Below, in pieces: positions 19,229 to 28,126 of a DNA stretch of 64,000 bases. Each line of letters starts with the position of its first letter. Within the stretch, counting starts at the first letter, position 1. Source of the DNA: Candidatus Amphrikana amoebophyrae. Its GTDB lineage: Bacteria; Chlamydiota; Chlamydiia; Chlamydiales; JACRBE01. A program made the translations under genes and the position numbers. The stretch is from positions 81,752 through 145,751 of the forward strand of contig JAUHQG010000010.1 of the NCBI GenBank assembly GCA_030408475.1, in the 5' to 3' direction. Under the pieces are notes generated by a model that saw only the letters and a program-made list of their open reading frames with translations, was not told the DNA's origin and searched no databases.

Positions 19229-19681
19229 GTGTCAAATTATAGATCACACACCCTCTTTAACCTCTTTTTTCTTCTTCCCCTTTCAACACTTTCGGTCTTC
19301 TATTTCTTTGTCCCATCTAGATTTAACTTACTTCTCTATATAGGAACTTTCACATACGCTACATGCTTTATGACACCCGATGCCGATATAGCTAATAAAA
19401 TAAAACTGCTTTCTTTAAGAGGAGTAATGACTCTCCCTTTTAGACCTTATAGCATGTTATTCTCTCATAGAGGGATATCGCACATCCCCATCATTGGCAC
19501 ACTGACTCGGATTGGGTGGATTTGCGGGTGCTTCTTTCTAATCTATACTTTTATCTATAATCACACCTTTTCTTTTCACCCCATCATTGAATTTTATCAT
19601 ACTCACACCCTTTCTATTCACTACACTCTTTCAGCTCTTTTCGTTTCTGATATTGGACATTTGATACTAGATAAAAAATAA
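19229..19681 (+). CDS. membrane protein, DUF2227-like putative metal-binding hydrolase
   Basis: 150 aa with a GTG start. TPDADI...HRGISHIPIIGTLTRIGW resembles the DUF2227/YdjM-like pattern (SPDxD...HRGxSHxxxxGT). Confidence 0.45.
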   Translation: MSNYRSHTLFNLFFLLPLSTLSVFYFFVPSRFNLLLYIGTFTYATCFMTPDADIANKIKLLSLRGVMTLPFRPYSMLFSHRGISHIPIIGTLTRIGWICGCFFLIYTFIYNHTFSFHPIIEFYHTHTLSIHYTLSALFVSDIGHLILDKK

Positions 19682-19702
19682 CCCCCCTATTACACTGTCA
19701 AT

Positions 19703-20611
19703 ATGAATATGCCACCTTTAAAAATAAATAATCTAACGAAACGATATGGCGATTTCGTTGCAGTCAATGACTTGTCTTTCTCCATTAAACCAGGTGAGAT
19801 TTTTGGCCTACTTGGTCCAAATGGCGCTGGGAAAACCACCACCATATCTTGTATTACAACTTTAGAAGAGCCCACACAAGGTTCTATAGAAATTTTTGGT
19901 AAAAACAATATAGACCACCCTAATTTAGCTAAAAGTAAGTTTGGATGCGTCCCTCAAGAGTTAATCCATCATAGCTATTTCTCAGTTAAGCAAATTTTAA
20001 AATTTCACTCTCTTTACTACGGCGTTCGACACGCAAATTCCCACATTGAATACCTGTTGCACAAGTTAGATCTTTTTGAACATCGCAATAAGTTAGTTTC
20101 CCACTTGAGCGGTGGGATGAAACGGCGCCTTCTTATTGCTAAAGCTCTTGTTCATAAGCCAAAACTCATATTACTCGATGAACCTACTGCTGGCGTTGAT
20201 GTAGAGCTAAGGCATAGTCTTTGGGATCTAATCTTAACTCTAAAAAATGATGGAGCTTCCATTCTACTGACCACTCACTATTTAGAAGAAGCTGAAAAAC
20301 TATGTGATCGAATTGGAATTATTCAAAACGGCTCTTTAATTAAACTCGCCTCAACTAAAGAACTAATCGACTCTATGGGTATTCGTATTATCTCAGTAAT
20401 GCTCTCAGCCCCACTTGCTTCCATCAATCACCCCTATCTACACTCCCAGACAAACGCCTTGCTTATTTTTCATGCCCCTCAAAACTTTACCTTATCTACA
20501 TTACTTAGTGACTTACAACTTTGTAACTCAGCTTTTAGTGACATCTCTATTCAAGAAGGTCAACTTGAAAACATCTTTACTTCAATCTTAAATTCAAAAG
20601 GTTCCAAATGA
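19703..20611 (+). CDS. ABC transporter ATP-binding protein (ABC-2/DrrA-NatA type)
   Basis: Walker A GPNGAGKTT, signature LSGGMKRR, Walker B LLDEPTAGVD. Confidence 0.85.
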   Translation: MNMPPLKINNLTKRYGDFVAVNDLSFSIKPGEIFGLLGPNGAGKTTTISCITTLEEPTQGSIEIFGKNNIDHPNLAKSKFGCVPQELIHHSYFSVKQILKFHSLYYGVRHANSHIEYLLHKLDLFEHRNKLVSHLSGGMKRRLLIAKALVHKPKLILLDEPTAGVDVELRHSLWDLILTLKNDGASILLTTHYLEEAEKLCDRIGIIQNGSLIKLASTKELIDSMGIRIISVMLSAPLASINHPYLHSQTNALLIFHAPQNFTLSTLLSDLQLCNSAFSDISIQEGQLENIFTSILNSKGSK

Positions 20612-21390
20612 TTTGGCTCATACAAATACTAGGACTGTTTCAAAGAGAAGTAAAAAGGTTTATGTCTCTCCCTATTCAAACTTTAGGATCACCTATTATT
20701 AATTCCTCTCTCTATTTAATAATTTTTGGAATCGGGCTCGGAGGATTTATAAAAGCCCCAATTGGTGATAGCTATCTTGAATTCCTAATTCCTGGAATGA
20801 TTATGATGAATGTTATTCGTGGCACCTACGACAATACCTCCGGCTCCATCGTTTCCTCTAAATATGTTAACGAGCTTCAAGACTTAAGAGTCGCCCCCCT
20901 CTCTAAACCTCAAATAATCATTGCAACCGTTGCAGCTTCCGTGTGTAGAGGTGTAATAATCACCATTTTAACCTATTTTGTCGGTCTCTTCTTTTCTTAC
21001 GTTTATTTAGGAAAACCCCTTTTAATTGCACACCCTCTTTTCACCATAGCCTTTATCTTACTAGGTGGCGCTTGTTTTTCTACACTAGCTTTGTCTGTTT
21101 CCATTTTTGCCCGCACTTTTGAACAAATTACAGTTTTCGGCTCATTTATTCTCGCCCCCCTGATTTATCTGGGTGGTGTTTTCTTCACTTTAGAAATGCT
21201 CTCTCCTTTTTGGCAAAAAGTAGCTCAGTTTAATCCCCTTTATTATTTGATTGAGGGAATGCGTCATGCAATGTTAAATCAAAATGAACTACACTTATGG
21301 AAAGAACTCTCAATTCTAATCGCATTTTATCTTTTAATATCTATACTTGCATTTTTCTCCCTACGTAAAGGCAAGCGATATGTTAAGTAA
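20608..21390 (+). CDS. ABC-2 type transporter permease
   Basis: 260 aa with about 6 TM segments. ATGA overlap with the upstream ATPase gene. Length and topology fit the ABC-2 family. Confidence 0.75.
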   Translation: MIWLIQILGLFQREVKRFMSLPIQTLGSPIINSSLYLIIFGIGLGGFIKAPIGDSYLEFLIPGMIMMNVIRGTYDNTSGSIVSSKYVNELQDLRVAPLSKPQIIIATVAASVCRGVIITILTYFVGLFFSYVYLGKPLLIAHPLFTIAFILLGGACFSTLALSVSIFARTFEQITVFGSFILAPLIYLGGVFFTLEMLSPFWQKVAQFNPLYYLIEGMRHAMLNQNELHLWKELSILIAFYLLISILAFFSLRKGKRYVK

Positions 21391-21748
21391 ACTTGAAAGA
21401 GAACTCAAAAAATTTGTTCTAGATAGAGATTGGGATCAATTTCATTCTGTTAGAAATTTGGTGACTCAACTATCTTGTGAATCGGCTGAACTATTAGAGC
21501 ATTTTATCTGGTCTCAAGACGATAAACACCTCCAAGACCCTGAAACTCTTAAAAACATAAAAGAAGAAATAGGCGATGTCTTAAACTGCCTTGTTTTAAT
21601 AGCAAGTAAACTCAATATCGATTTACCCCAATGTGGCCTTGACAAACTAAAAAAAACAGCAAAGAAATACCCTGTTGAATTAGCAAAAGGCAAGTCGCTC
21701 AAGTACAACAAATTAAAAGAGAACAATAAAAATGGAACTCCCAATTGA
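21380..21748 (+). CDS. MazG-like nucleotide pyrophosphohydrolase (small all-alpha NTP-PPase)
   Basis: RDWDQFHSVRNL...ESAELLEHFIW...IKEEIGDVLNCLVLIA matches the EXXE...EXXD MazG motif. ATG at 21380 (MLSKLEREL) overlaps the permease stop by 11 nt. The track start at 21347 lies inside the permease gene. Confidence 0.7.
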   Translation: MLSKLERELKKFVLDRDWDQFHSVRNLVTQLSCESAELLEHFIWSQDDKHLQDPETLKNIKEEIGDVLNCLVLIASKLNIDLPQCGLDKLKKTAKKYPVELAKGKSLKYNKLKENNKNGTPN

Positions 21749-23516
21749 GGCTGTAACCTCTTCTTCTGCCATCATTACCCAATTAGAATTTGATCACCCT
21801 TCCCTTTATTACCTTGAAATGCGCCCAAAAGAAATGGGGCGAACAACTATCATGTGTAAAACTGATGACAAAGTAGTTGAAATCTTACCTAGCGAATTTT
21901 CAGTTGGGTGTAGCATCCATGAATATGGTGGCCGCGCATTAGAAGTGAGCAATGGTCGAATTTTCTTTGTAAGTTCAAATAACAATCCAGGTATTTATGA
22001 AATCATTAATGGCGAACCCAAGTTAATCTTTCATCACGATTCTATGCGTTTTGGTGACTTGCGCTTTGATAAGAAAAGAAACCAACTTTTTGCTGTTTGC
22101 GAAACTCATAACACCCATGTTTCAAATAATTTAGTTCGAATAAATATTGAACAGCAGTCGATAACTACAATTGCTGAAAACAGCGACTTTGTTTCTTCAA
22201 TCACCCTTCACAACGATCAAATCGCCTGGGTAGAATGGGATCACCCTCATATGCAATGGGATGAATCCCGAGTTCACACTTCACAACTAGATCAATTTGG
22301 AAACCTCGTTTGTATTCAATCTGTTTGTGCTTGCCCTAAAACAAGCGCTTCATCACCTAGGTTTTCACAAGAAGGAAAACTCTACTTTATGTGGGACCGC
22401 TCTGGATATTGGAATTTGTACGAAGCGGGTAAATTAGAAGCCCCTCTTTTTAAATTTGATGCCGATTTTGCTGAGCCTATTTGGCAAGTTGGAGAGTGCT
22501 CATATGAAATTGTAGATGATACCGCTATTATGATCGGGACTCAAAATGGAGAAAACATACTCGCTTCAACTCACCTTGAAACTCCTAAACTCCAATTACA
22601 CCCTCTCCCATATAACACCCTTTCTAAGTTGACTGTTTGCAACGGTTGCATAAGCTTGATTGCTGGATCCAGCCAATCTCTTCCTCAATTAATCCACTTA
22701 GAACTTCCATTAGACTCAAAACCTCCCCTTATGTTGCCCCCTGCCTTATTCTCCAATATTACAACACCTAAGGCTATTACTCAAAAAAACCGATTTAACA
22801 ACCATATTTATTCTTTTTTTTACAAGCCTGCGGGAATTGAAAAACCTCCCTTGATAGTAAAATGTCACAGTGGGCCCACGAGTCGCTGCTCACCACTTCT
22901 CAACTTACAAACTCAATTTTTCACATCAAGGGGTTTTGCTTTTCTAGAAACTAATTTTAGCGGTTCAACAGGTTACGGTCGTCAATATAGAGAACGGCTT
23001 AACTATAAATGGGGTGAGCTAGATGTCACTGACTGTATTGATGCCACATCCAATCTAATTGACAACAACACAGTTGACCCAAACAATATATTTATAATGG
23101 GCTCTAGCTCTGGAGGGCTAACCGCACTATCTGCTTTAAGCCGCTGTACTCTATTTAAAGCTGGAATAATCTTATATGGTGTGACCGACCTCATTGAGTT
23201 AACTAAAGAGACTCATAAATTTGAGCAATATTACTTAGAAAGCTTAATTGGCCCTTATCCAAACCAAAAAGATCTATACATTGAAAGAAGTCCCAGCTCT
23301 CATTTCGAACAAATATCAAGCTCTTTACTCATATTCCAAGGCTTAAAAGACAAAGTAGTCTCACCCACCCAAGCGACTAATTTACACAACATCTTTAAAC
23401 ATAGCTCAGAGCTAATAGAATTTGAAAACGAAGGGCACGGTTTTAAACAAGCTGATTCTAAAACTATAGTTCTTGAAAAAACCCTCTCATTTATTAAGTC
23501 TTTGTTAAGGCAATAA
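21732..23516 (+). CDS. S9 family (prolyl oligopeptidase/acylaminoacyl-peptidase-like) serine peptidase
   Basis: 594 aa. N-terminal propeller-like region, then a C-terminal alpha/beta hydrolase with nucleophile elbow GSSSGG and terminal EGHGF. Overlaps the MazG end by 17 nt. Confidence 0.75.
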   Translation: MELPIEAVTSSSAIITQLEFDHPSLYYLEMRPKEMGRTTIMCKTDDKVVEILPSEFSVGCSIHEYGGRALEVSNGRIFFVSSNNNPGIYEIINGEPKLIFHHDSMRFGDLRFDKKRNQLFAVCETHNTHVSNNLVRINIEQQSITTIAENSDFVSSITLHNDQIAWVEWDHPHMQWDESRVHTSQLDQFGNLVCIQSVCACPKTSASSPRFSQEGKLYFMWDRSGYWNLYEAGKLEAPLFKFDADFAEPIWQVGECSYEIVDDTAIMIGTQNGENILASTHLETPKLQLHPLPYNTLSKLTVCNGCISLIAGSSQSLPQLIHLELPLDSKPPLMLPPALFSNITTPKAITQKNRFNNHIYSFFYKPAGIEKPPLIVKCHSGPTSRCSPLLNLQTQFFTSRGFAFLETNFSGSTGYGRQYRERLNYKWGELDVTDCIDATSNLIDNNTVDPNNIFIMGSSSGGLTALSALSRCTLFKAGIILYGVTDLIELTKETHKFEQYYLESLIGPYPNQKDLYIERSPSSHFEQISSSLLIFQGLKDKVVSPTQATNLHNIFKHSSELIEFENEGHGFKQADSKTIVLEKTLSFIKSLLRQ

Positions 23517-23600
23517 AATTAAATTAACTTTTAAGTTTTTAAAAAATAATACTAAAGCTATACTCGTTTATTGCTTAATGACCAAAATTGAAAAAAGTTA

Positions 23601-25199
23601 ATGCGTAAAGTTTATTTTTACCTCCTTCTTATACTCTCTCCATTGCTAAATGCTGAAGAGAGTAGTGATTTAGAAAAACACATGATCAACTTTTCTAATG
23701 TAAAAGCATCTGAACTTATTCGCTTTGTTAGTAAGATTACAAAATCTAATTTCATCTTTAACGACAAAGACTTGCAATTTGAAGTTAGTTTTATTTCTGG
23801 TAAAGAATCTTCGGACAAGCAAATCTTAAGCTCTATGATCACTTTGCTTAAACATCACAACTTTAATGTGAAGGGGAAGCAAGGATCATTTGTCATAGAA
23901 AAATCAACAGAAAAAAAAACTGTTGCTTCAGCCAAGACTACTCCTGATAAAAATTCAAAGAAATCAGAAAAGTTAGTCAAGGCTATTACAAAACCCCCTT
24001 CACCCAATGAGAAGTTTTCAGTCTATAAACTGCAATACCATCAAGGTGATGAAATTTTGTCCGCGGTCAAACAACTAGCTGCCAACTCGCAAAGAAACGA
24101 CCCCGATTTTGGCGCTGCTGTCGCCTCAATGCAGTGGATTAAAACAACCAACTCTCTTGTGATTTCTGGAACTTCAAAAACTATCCCTAAATTACTCTCA
24201 CTTGTAAAAAGTTTAGATACTCCTCAAAAGCAAGTCTTCATAGAAGTTCTGGTAGTGGAAACTGATATAGGAAAAGGACATGAGTTTGGCTTGAATTGGA
24301 GCGCTAACTCCCAATATAAAAACAAGTTAGGACTCTCTATGAGCAACCAATCAGGAGCACCCGGTTTTGCTAATACGATGAAGTCGATTGTAGGTGCAGG
24401 TCTCCAGGGAATATCTCACATACCAGGAGCTGGTTTTAGTCTTGGAGTAATTGGCGATATTATAACTCACAAAGGAACCACTTTTCTCTCTTTAGGCTCT
24501 TTAGTCTCAGCCATTCAAACAGATAATGCTACTTCTATAGTTCTTAATCAAAAAGTGATTGCCCAAGACAACAAGACCTCTAAGATTTTTGTTGGTCGCA
24601 ATATCCCCTTCGCTGGATCCGTAGTAGAAACAGTAGGACAATCTCAACAAACCACTTCAAATATTGAATATCGTGATATTGGAACTTCATTAAGCATCAC
24701 CCCTTATATTGGAGATAATGGCATTATCACCATGGAAATTCATGAAGAAATTTCTGAAGCTCATGACCGCAATATGATACACTCAAAGAGAGTAAGTGGT
24801 ATAGAAACCACTAAAACCAATATGCAAACAAGAGTTCACGTTCCAGACACTCACTTTGTTGTTTTAACAGGTATGGTGCGCAATAAAAAGAAGAAAAATG
24901 TGTCTGGCATTCCTTGCCTTGGCGGCCTCCCTTGGATTGGCGCCGCATTTAGTAAAAAAGAAGAAGAGTCAGAAAAACGTAATATTATAATATTTGTCAG
25001 ACCTCACATACTTAATACTTTTGAAGACTATGAAGTGATCACCAACCTTGAAACTCAAAAGGCAAAAGAATCACAACTTACTGAAGAGCTAATTCAAGAC
25101 ATTCTTATAGACACAAAAGAAGAACCAACCACTGAAGAGTTGATTGAAGATGTTCTTACAGAAGCGTCTAAAACACCTCCTGAAAACCAAAACACCTAA
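23601..25199 (+). CDS. secretin family outer-membrane channel (GspD/PilQ/pIV superfamily), short form
   Basis: Signal peptide, then an N0-like domain (NFSNVKASELIRFVSKITKSNFIF). One further N-domain, then the secretin core (KQVFIEVLVVETDIGKGHEFGLNW...VSGIPCLGGLPWIGAAFS...IIIFVRPHIL). Confidence 0.8.
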   Translation: MRKVYFYLLLILSPLLNAEESSDLEKHMINFSNVKASELIRFVSKITKSNFIFNDKDLQFEVSFISGKESSDKQILSSMITLLKHHNFNVKGKQGSFVIEKSTEKKTVASAKTTPDKNSKKSEKLVKAITKPPSPNEKFSVYKLQYHQGDEILSAVKQLAANSQRNDPDFGAAVASMQWIKTTNSLVISGTSKTIPKLLSLVKSLDTPQKQVFIEVLVVETDIGKGHEFGLNWSANSQYKNKLGLSMSNQSGAPGFANTMKSIVGAGLQGISHIPGAGFSLGVIGDIITHKGTTFLSLGSLVSAIQTDNATSIVLNQKVIAQDNKTSKIFVGRNIPFAGSVVETVGQSQQTTSNIEYRDIGTSLSITPYIGDNGIITMEIHEEISEAHDRNMIHSKRVSGIETTKTNMQTRVHVPDTHFVVLTGMVRNKKKKNVSGIPCLGGLPWIGAAFSKKEEESEKRNIIIFVRPHILNTFEDYEVITNLETQKAKESQLTEELIQDILIDTKEEPTTEELIEDVLTEASKTPPENQNT

Positions 25200-25200
25200 C

Positions 25201-25629
25201 TTAGCCAGCGATAAGCCCATGAGATCGAGCATGGTGAAGATCTCTATTTTTCTCTTTTCCTTCTTTAAGTAAGTCAAGAATAATAGTAGCAAACTCTCTT
25301 TCAAGATGAGATAAATTCTCGTCTTCTAATTTATCAATTAAGATATTAATTACATCGGTCCAGTGAATGCCCTTTACTAATGAGGAAGTAAAAGGAGTTG
25401 GCCTTTCAGGAATTTGCTCAAACTCTGCTAACGGCTCAGAAGGTCTAATATCAAAAAGCCACTCCAGCCAAGTTCTTCCATCATTACGCCTGCGAGCTAA
25501 AGTTTGATCATCCCAGATAACACTATCAGTTGCAAAAGTTGCAGGGATCTCACCCATTTGGTCATCAATATACCTTTTATGTACTTCAGGCGGCATATTA
25601 TCGCGCGTAATTCTTTTTGTGTCGTACAT
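25201..25629 (-). CDS. hypothetical protein (142 aa)
   Basis: ORF with GAGG 7 nt upstream of the ATG. Its stop codon sits 1 nt from the secretin stop. No family recognised. Confidence 0.5.
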   Translation of the reverse strand: MYDTKRITRDNMPPEVHKRYIDDQMGEIPATFATDSVIWDDQTLARRRNDGRTWLEWLFDIRPSEPLAEFEQIPERPTPFTSSLVKGIHWTDVINILIDKLEDENLSHLEREFATIILDLLKEGKEKNRDLHHARSHGLIAG

Positions 25630-25713
25630 AAAAAACCTCGGTTTTTGAATAGACCATTTTAACTAGATAAAAATTATGGTGCAAACTTTTTCTAAAGGCG
25701 CTAAAACAAAATT

Positions 25714-26961
25714 ATGACTAATAGTAAAGCTCGCCAGATTATTCCCATATTGATCGTCTTATTTTTAGGCTATCTTGGTTTTGCCCTCGTCTTACCCATA
25801 TTCCCTCCCATGTTTTTAAGTAAAACTGGCCATACTATTGTTTCTAAAGCGTATTCTCCTGAAATGCGTACTACGCTTTTAGGTTTGCTTATTTCGACAT
25901 ACCCGCTTGGTCAATTATTTGGTGGCCCCATTTTAGGGCGACTATCTGATGTTTACGGTAGAAAAAAAATCCTTGTTTTCACTTTAGCTGTTATCATTCC
26001 CTTTTATCTGCTTTCCTGTTTAGCTATTGTGATTCAAGATTTATGGCTATTATTTGTTAGTCGTTTTTTTTGCGGCCTATTTGAAGGCAACTCTGTTATT
26101 GCAGCTGCCGCTATGGCTGACATTAGTGAATCGAAAAAGGATAAAGTTCAAAAATTTGGTCTTATATTAACAGTGAGTAGTCTTGGATTTATCCTCGGCC
26201 CTTTAATTGGGGGGAAATTAACCGATAGCACTCTAGTTCCTTGGTTTAATTATTCTACACCTTTTTGGATTTGCGCTGCTTTAGTATCAATCGCGCTTGT
26301 ATTGGTCCTATTTATGTTTCAAGAGACACTGAAACCTAACCAACACACTTTCCAACTCCTCAGAACTGTACGATCAATTTTTTCAGCCCTATTTAGATCT
26401 GATTTGCGCAACATCTTCTTATCGAATTTTTTCTTGTTTCTCTCGTTTTTCTTCTTTTTTGGTTTTTTCCCAGTCTTATTAGTATGGTGGTACGGCTTTA
26501 ATGCTACACATATTGGCGAAGTGATTTCGTACTTAGCCATACCCATTTGCCTCTCTCCTTTATTATACTCTATTATGTCTCGATATATGCACCCTAGAAA
26601 CGCAATGGTATTAGCCGCTATTTTATTAATGTGCAGTATCATCTTGCTTCTCACCTTCAATGGAGTCTTTGCACTCTATTTCTCATTAATACCTGTTGGA
26701 ATGTGTATAGCGATTGGATGGACCTACTCTTCGCTTATTATTTCAGATCGGGTAAGCCAAGATAAGCAGGGTGAAGCTCTAGGAACTAATCAATCTATTA
26801 CTATTTTAGCTGAGATTGTAGCGGCATGCCTAGGTGGAATTGTGGCTGGAGTGTCGATGTATTTACCCCTCTTATTTTCAGCTGGATTCGCCCTTATTAC
26901 TGCAATATGGCTACTTATCTTTGTCCCCAAAGATCAAGACTCTCATCAAGAAATTCGCTGA
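25714..26961 (+). CDS. MFS transporter (12-TMS, TetA/multidrug-like)
   Basis: 415 aa, 12 predicted TM segments, MFS motif A GRLSDVYGRKKIL. Confidence 0.75.
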   Translation: MTNSKARQIIPILIVLFLGYLGFALVLPIFPPMFLSKTGHTIVSKAYSPEMRTTLLGLLISTYPLGQLFGGPILGRLSDVYGRKKILVFTLAVIIPFYLLSCLAIVIQDLWLLFVSRFFCGLFEGNSVIAAAAMADISESKKDKVQKFGLILTVSSLGFILGPLIGGKLTDSTLVPWFNYSTPFWICAALVSIALVLVLFMFQETLKPNQHTFQLLRTVRSIFSALFRSDLRNIFLSNFFLFLSFFFFFGFFPVLLVWWYGFNATHIGEVISYLAIPICLSPLLYSIMSRYMHPRNAMVLAAILLMCSIILLLTFNGVFALYFSLIPVGMCIAIGWTYSSLIISDRVSQDKQGEALGTNQSITILAEIVAACLGGIVAGVSMYLPLLFSAGFALITAIWLLIFVPKDQDSHQEIR

Positions 26962-27962
26962 AGATCTCTTTTGATTTCAACTGTACAAGGGCCACCATCT
27001 GGATCTTTTGTAATCGTATAGGTCATTTTGAACTTATATTTTACTATTGCTTTATCATCAAAACGACCGTCCATGTTAATATCAGTAGAATCCCCTATTC
27101 CGATTTCACCAGTAACCTCAAACAAAGCTCTCTCTTGAGATAAATGCTTGATATCAAAAGATCTGCCTTCTTTGTTAACTACAGGGGCTAAACCAAATGG
27201 AATAAGGTAAGTAGAATTTAACTCACTATTTTCAAATGGATTAAATGCTCTATTAGCCATGAACATAATTAAAACTGAAAAAACATCACCTTTATTCTTT
27301 TCATACGGCTTATCATCTACTTTTGCATGAGCGTATAACTCTCTCATTAGTATACCGTAGTCAAATTCACTATCTTGACAATATAACAATCTACCTTCAA
27401 GTCTAAAGTCGTTTACAGCTTTTGAAATAGCTGTTAATTGAGCAGGTAACCTATCCTCGCGGGTATGATCTTCAGAAAGCAAATCTCCACTAAACTCAAC
27501 TTTAGCATCATCTACAACAGCTTGAGCTGTCACATAGTCAACTAAATCAGGATCAAAATTGTTTCCATTCTTCAAAACTCGACTTACGTTCTCTCTTATT
27601 CGGTCAGAATAGTCCATTTGTTTTAACTGAGAGACTACACGTTCAATTGCAACTTTTTTTCTCTTGTACCATTTTTGGTTATGAAGAGAAATCATCGCTC
27701 GATTAACTAAAACGCCTAAAGCTGGCACACCTACTAATGCTGATCCCATTCCTATTAAAGCTTTTGATGAAATAGAGACAACTAGACCAAGGGCTGCTGC
27801 TCCCACTATACCTGCAGCCAGAAAATACCCCCCTGCAAGAACTAATAACACCAATGCGCTAATGACAAGAGCCTTTTTAAAGGCTTTGCTCGACACTGCC
27901 TCTTGAGCCCTTTCGGCACATGTTTTTACCGGGCTTTCCCCTGATCCAACTACACCTGACAT
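26946..27962 (-). CDS. Inc-like membrane protein (bilobed hydrophobic domain)
   Basis: 338 aa. About 30 polar residues, then a roughly 55-aa two-lobed hydrophobic block (ALVISALVLLVLAGGYFLAAGIVGAAALGLVV / ALIGMGSALVGVPALGVLV), then a roughly 250-aa soluble domain. Confidence 0.5.
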   Translation of the reverse strand: MSGVVGSGESPVKTCAERAQEAVSSKAFKKALVISALVLLVLAGGYFLAAGIVGAAALGLVVSISSKALIGMGSALVGVPALGVLVNRAMISLHNQKWYKRKKVAIERVVSQLKQMDYSDRIRENVSRVLKNGNNFDPDLVDYVTAQAVVDDAKVEFSGDLLSEDHTREDRLPAQLTAISKAVNDFRLEGRLLYCQDSEFDYGILMRELYAHAKVDDKPYEKNKGDVFSVLIMFMANRAFNPFENSELNSTYLIPFGLAPVVNKEGRSFDIKHLSQERALFEVTGEIGIGDSTDINMDGRFDDKAIVKYKFKMTYTITKDPDGGPCTVEIKRDLQRIS

Positions 27963-28064
27963 ATTGTATTCCTATTATTATATAAATATTATAACATATT
28001 AAAACTTAGTGACCAATATAGTAATAATTTTAATTACTTTGTTTCTTGTTTTTAAAAATCCCTC

Positions 28065-28093
28065 TTGCAGAAATGTAATCATTTGTGGATAAT
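28065..28093 (+). promoter_or_regulatory. candidate promoter of gshF
   Basis: TTGCAG (28065-28070), 17 nt, GATAAT (28088-28093), 33 nt upstream of the ATG. Consensus match only. Confidence 0.3.
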
Positions 28094-28126
28094 TTGGCTC
28101 ATGAATGATCCTTATCAATAAAAAAT

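Noticed and set aside
26319-26660. Antisense or alternative-frame ORFs from the track. Examples: 1168-1365, 2381-2665, 3952-4176, 5312-5536, 6881-7075, 7005-7196, 7538-7759, 15335-15526, 15704-15922, 16173-16388, 17198-17413, 19690-19908, 21514-21744, 23003-23194, 23618-23842, 25089-25304, 26319-26660, 26826-27143, 29091-29276, 29735-30099, 30368-30568, 32530-32799, 33623-33865, 35243-35512, 36905-37138, 38597-39039, 42203-42388, 42891-43088, 45136-45330, 46092-46598, 47174-47467, 48797-49009, 50011-50448, 51179-51361, 51877-52519, 53058-53382, 54014-54280, 54902-55090, 57261-57506, 59481-59738, 59905-60132, 61798-62079.
   Set aside because: All lie inside, or almost entirely inside, longer ORFs with recognisable family motifs or better coding signal. 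Their products are low-complexity or hydrophobic shadows with no RBS support.
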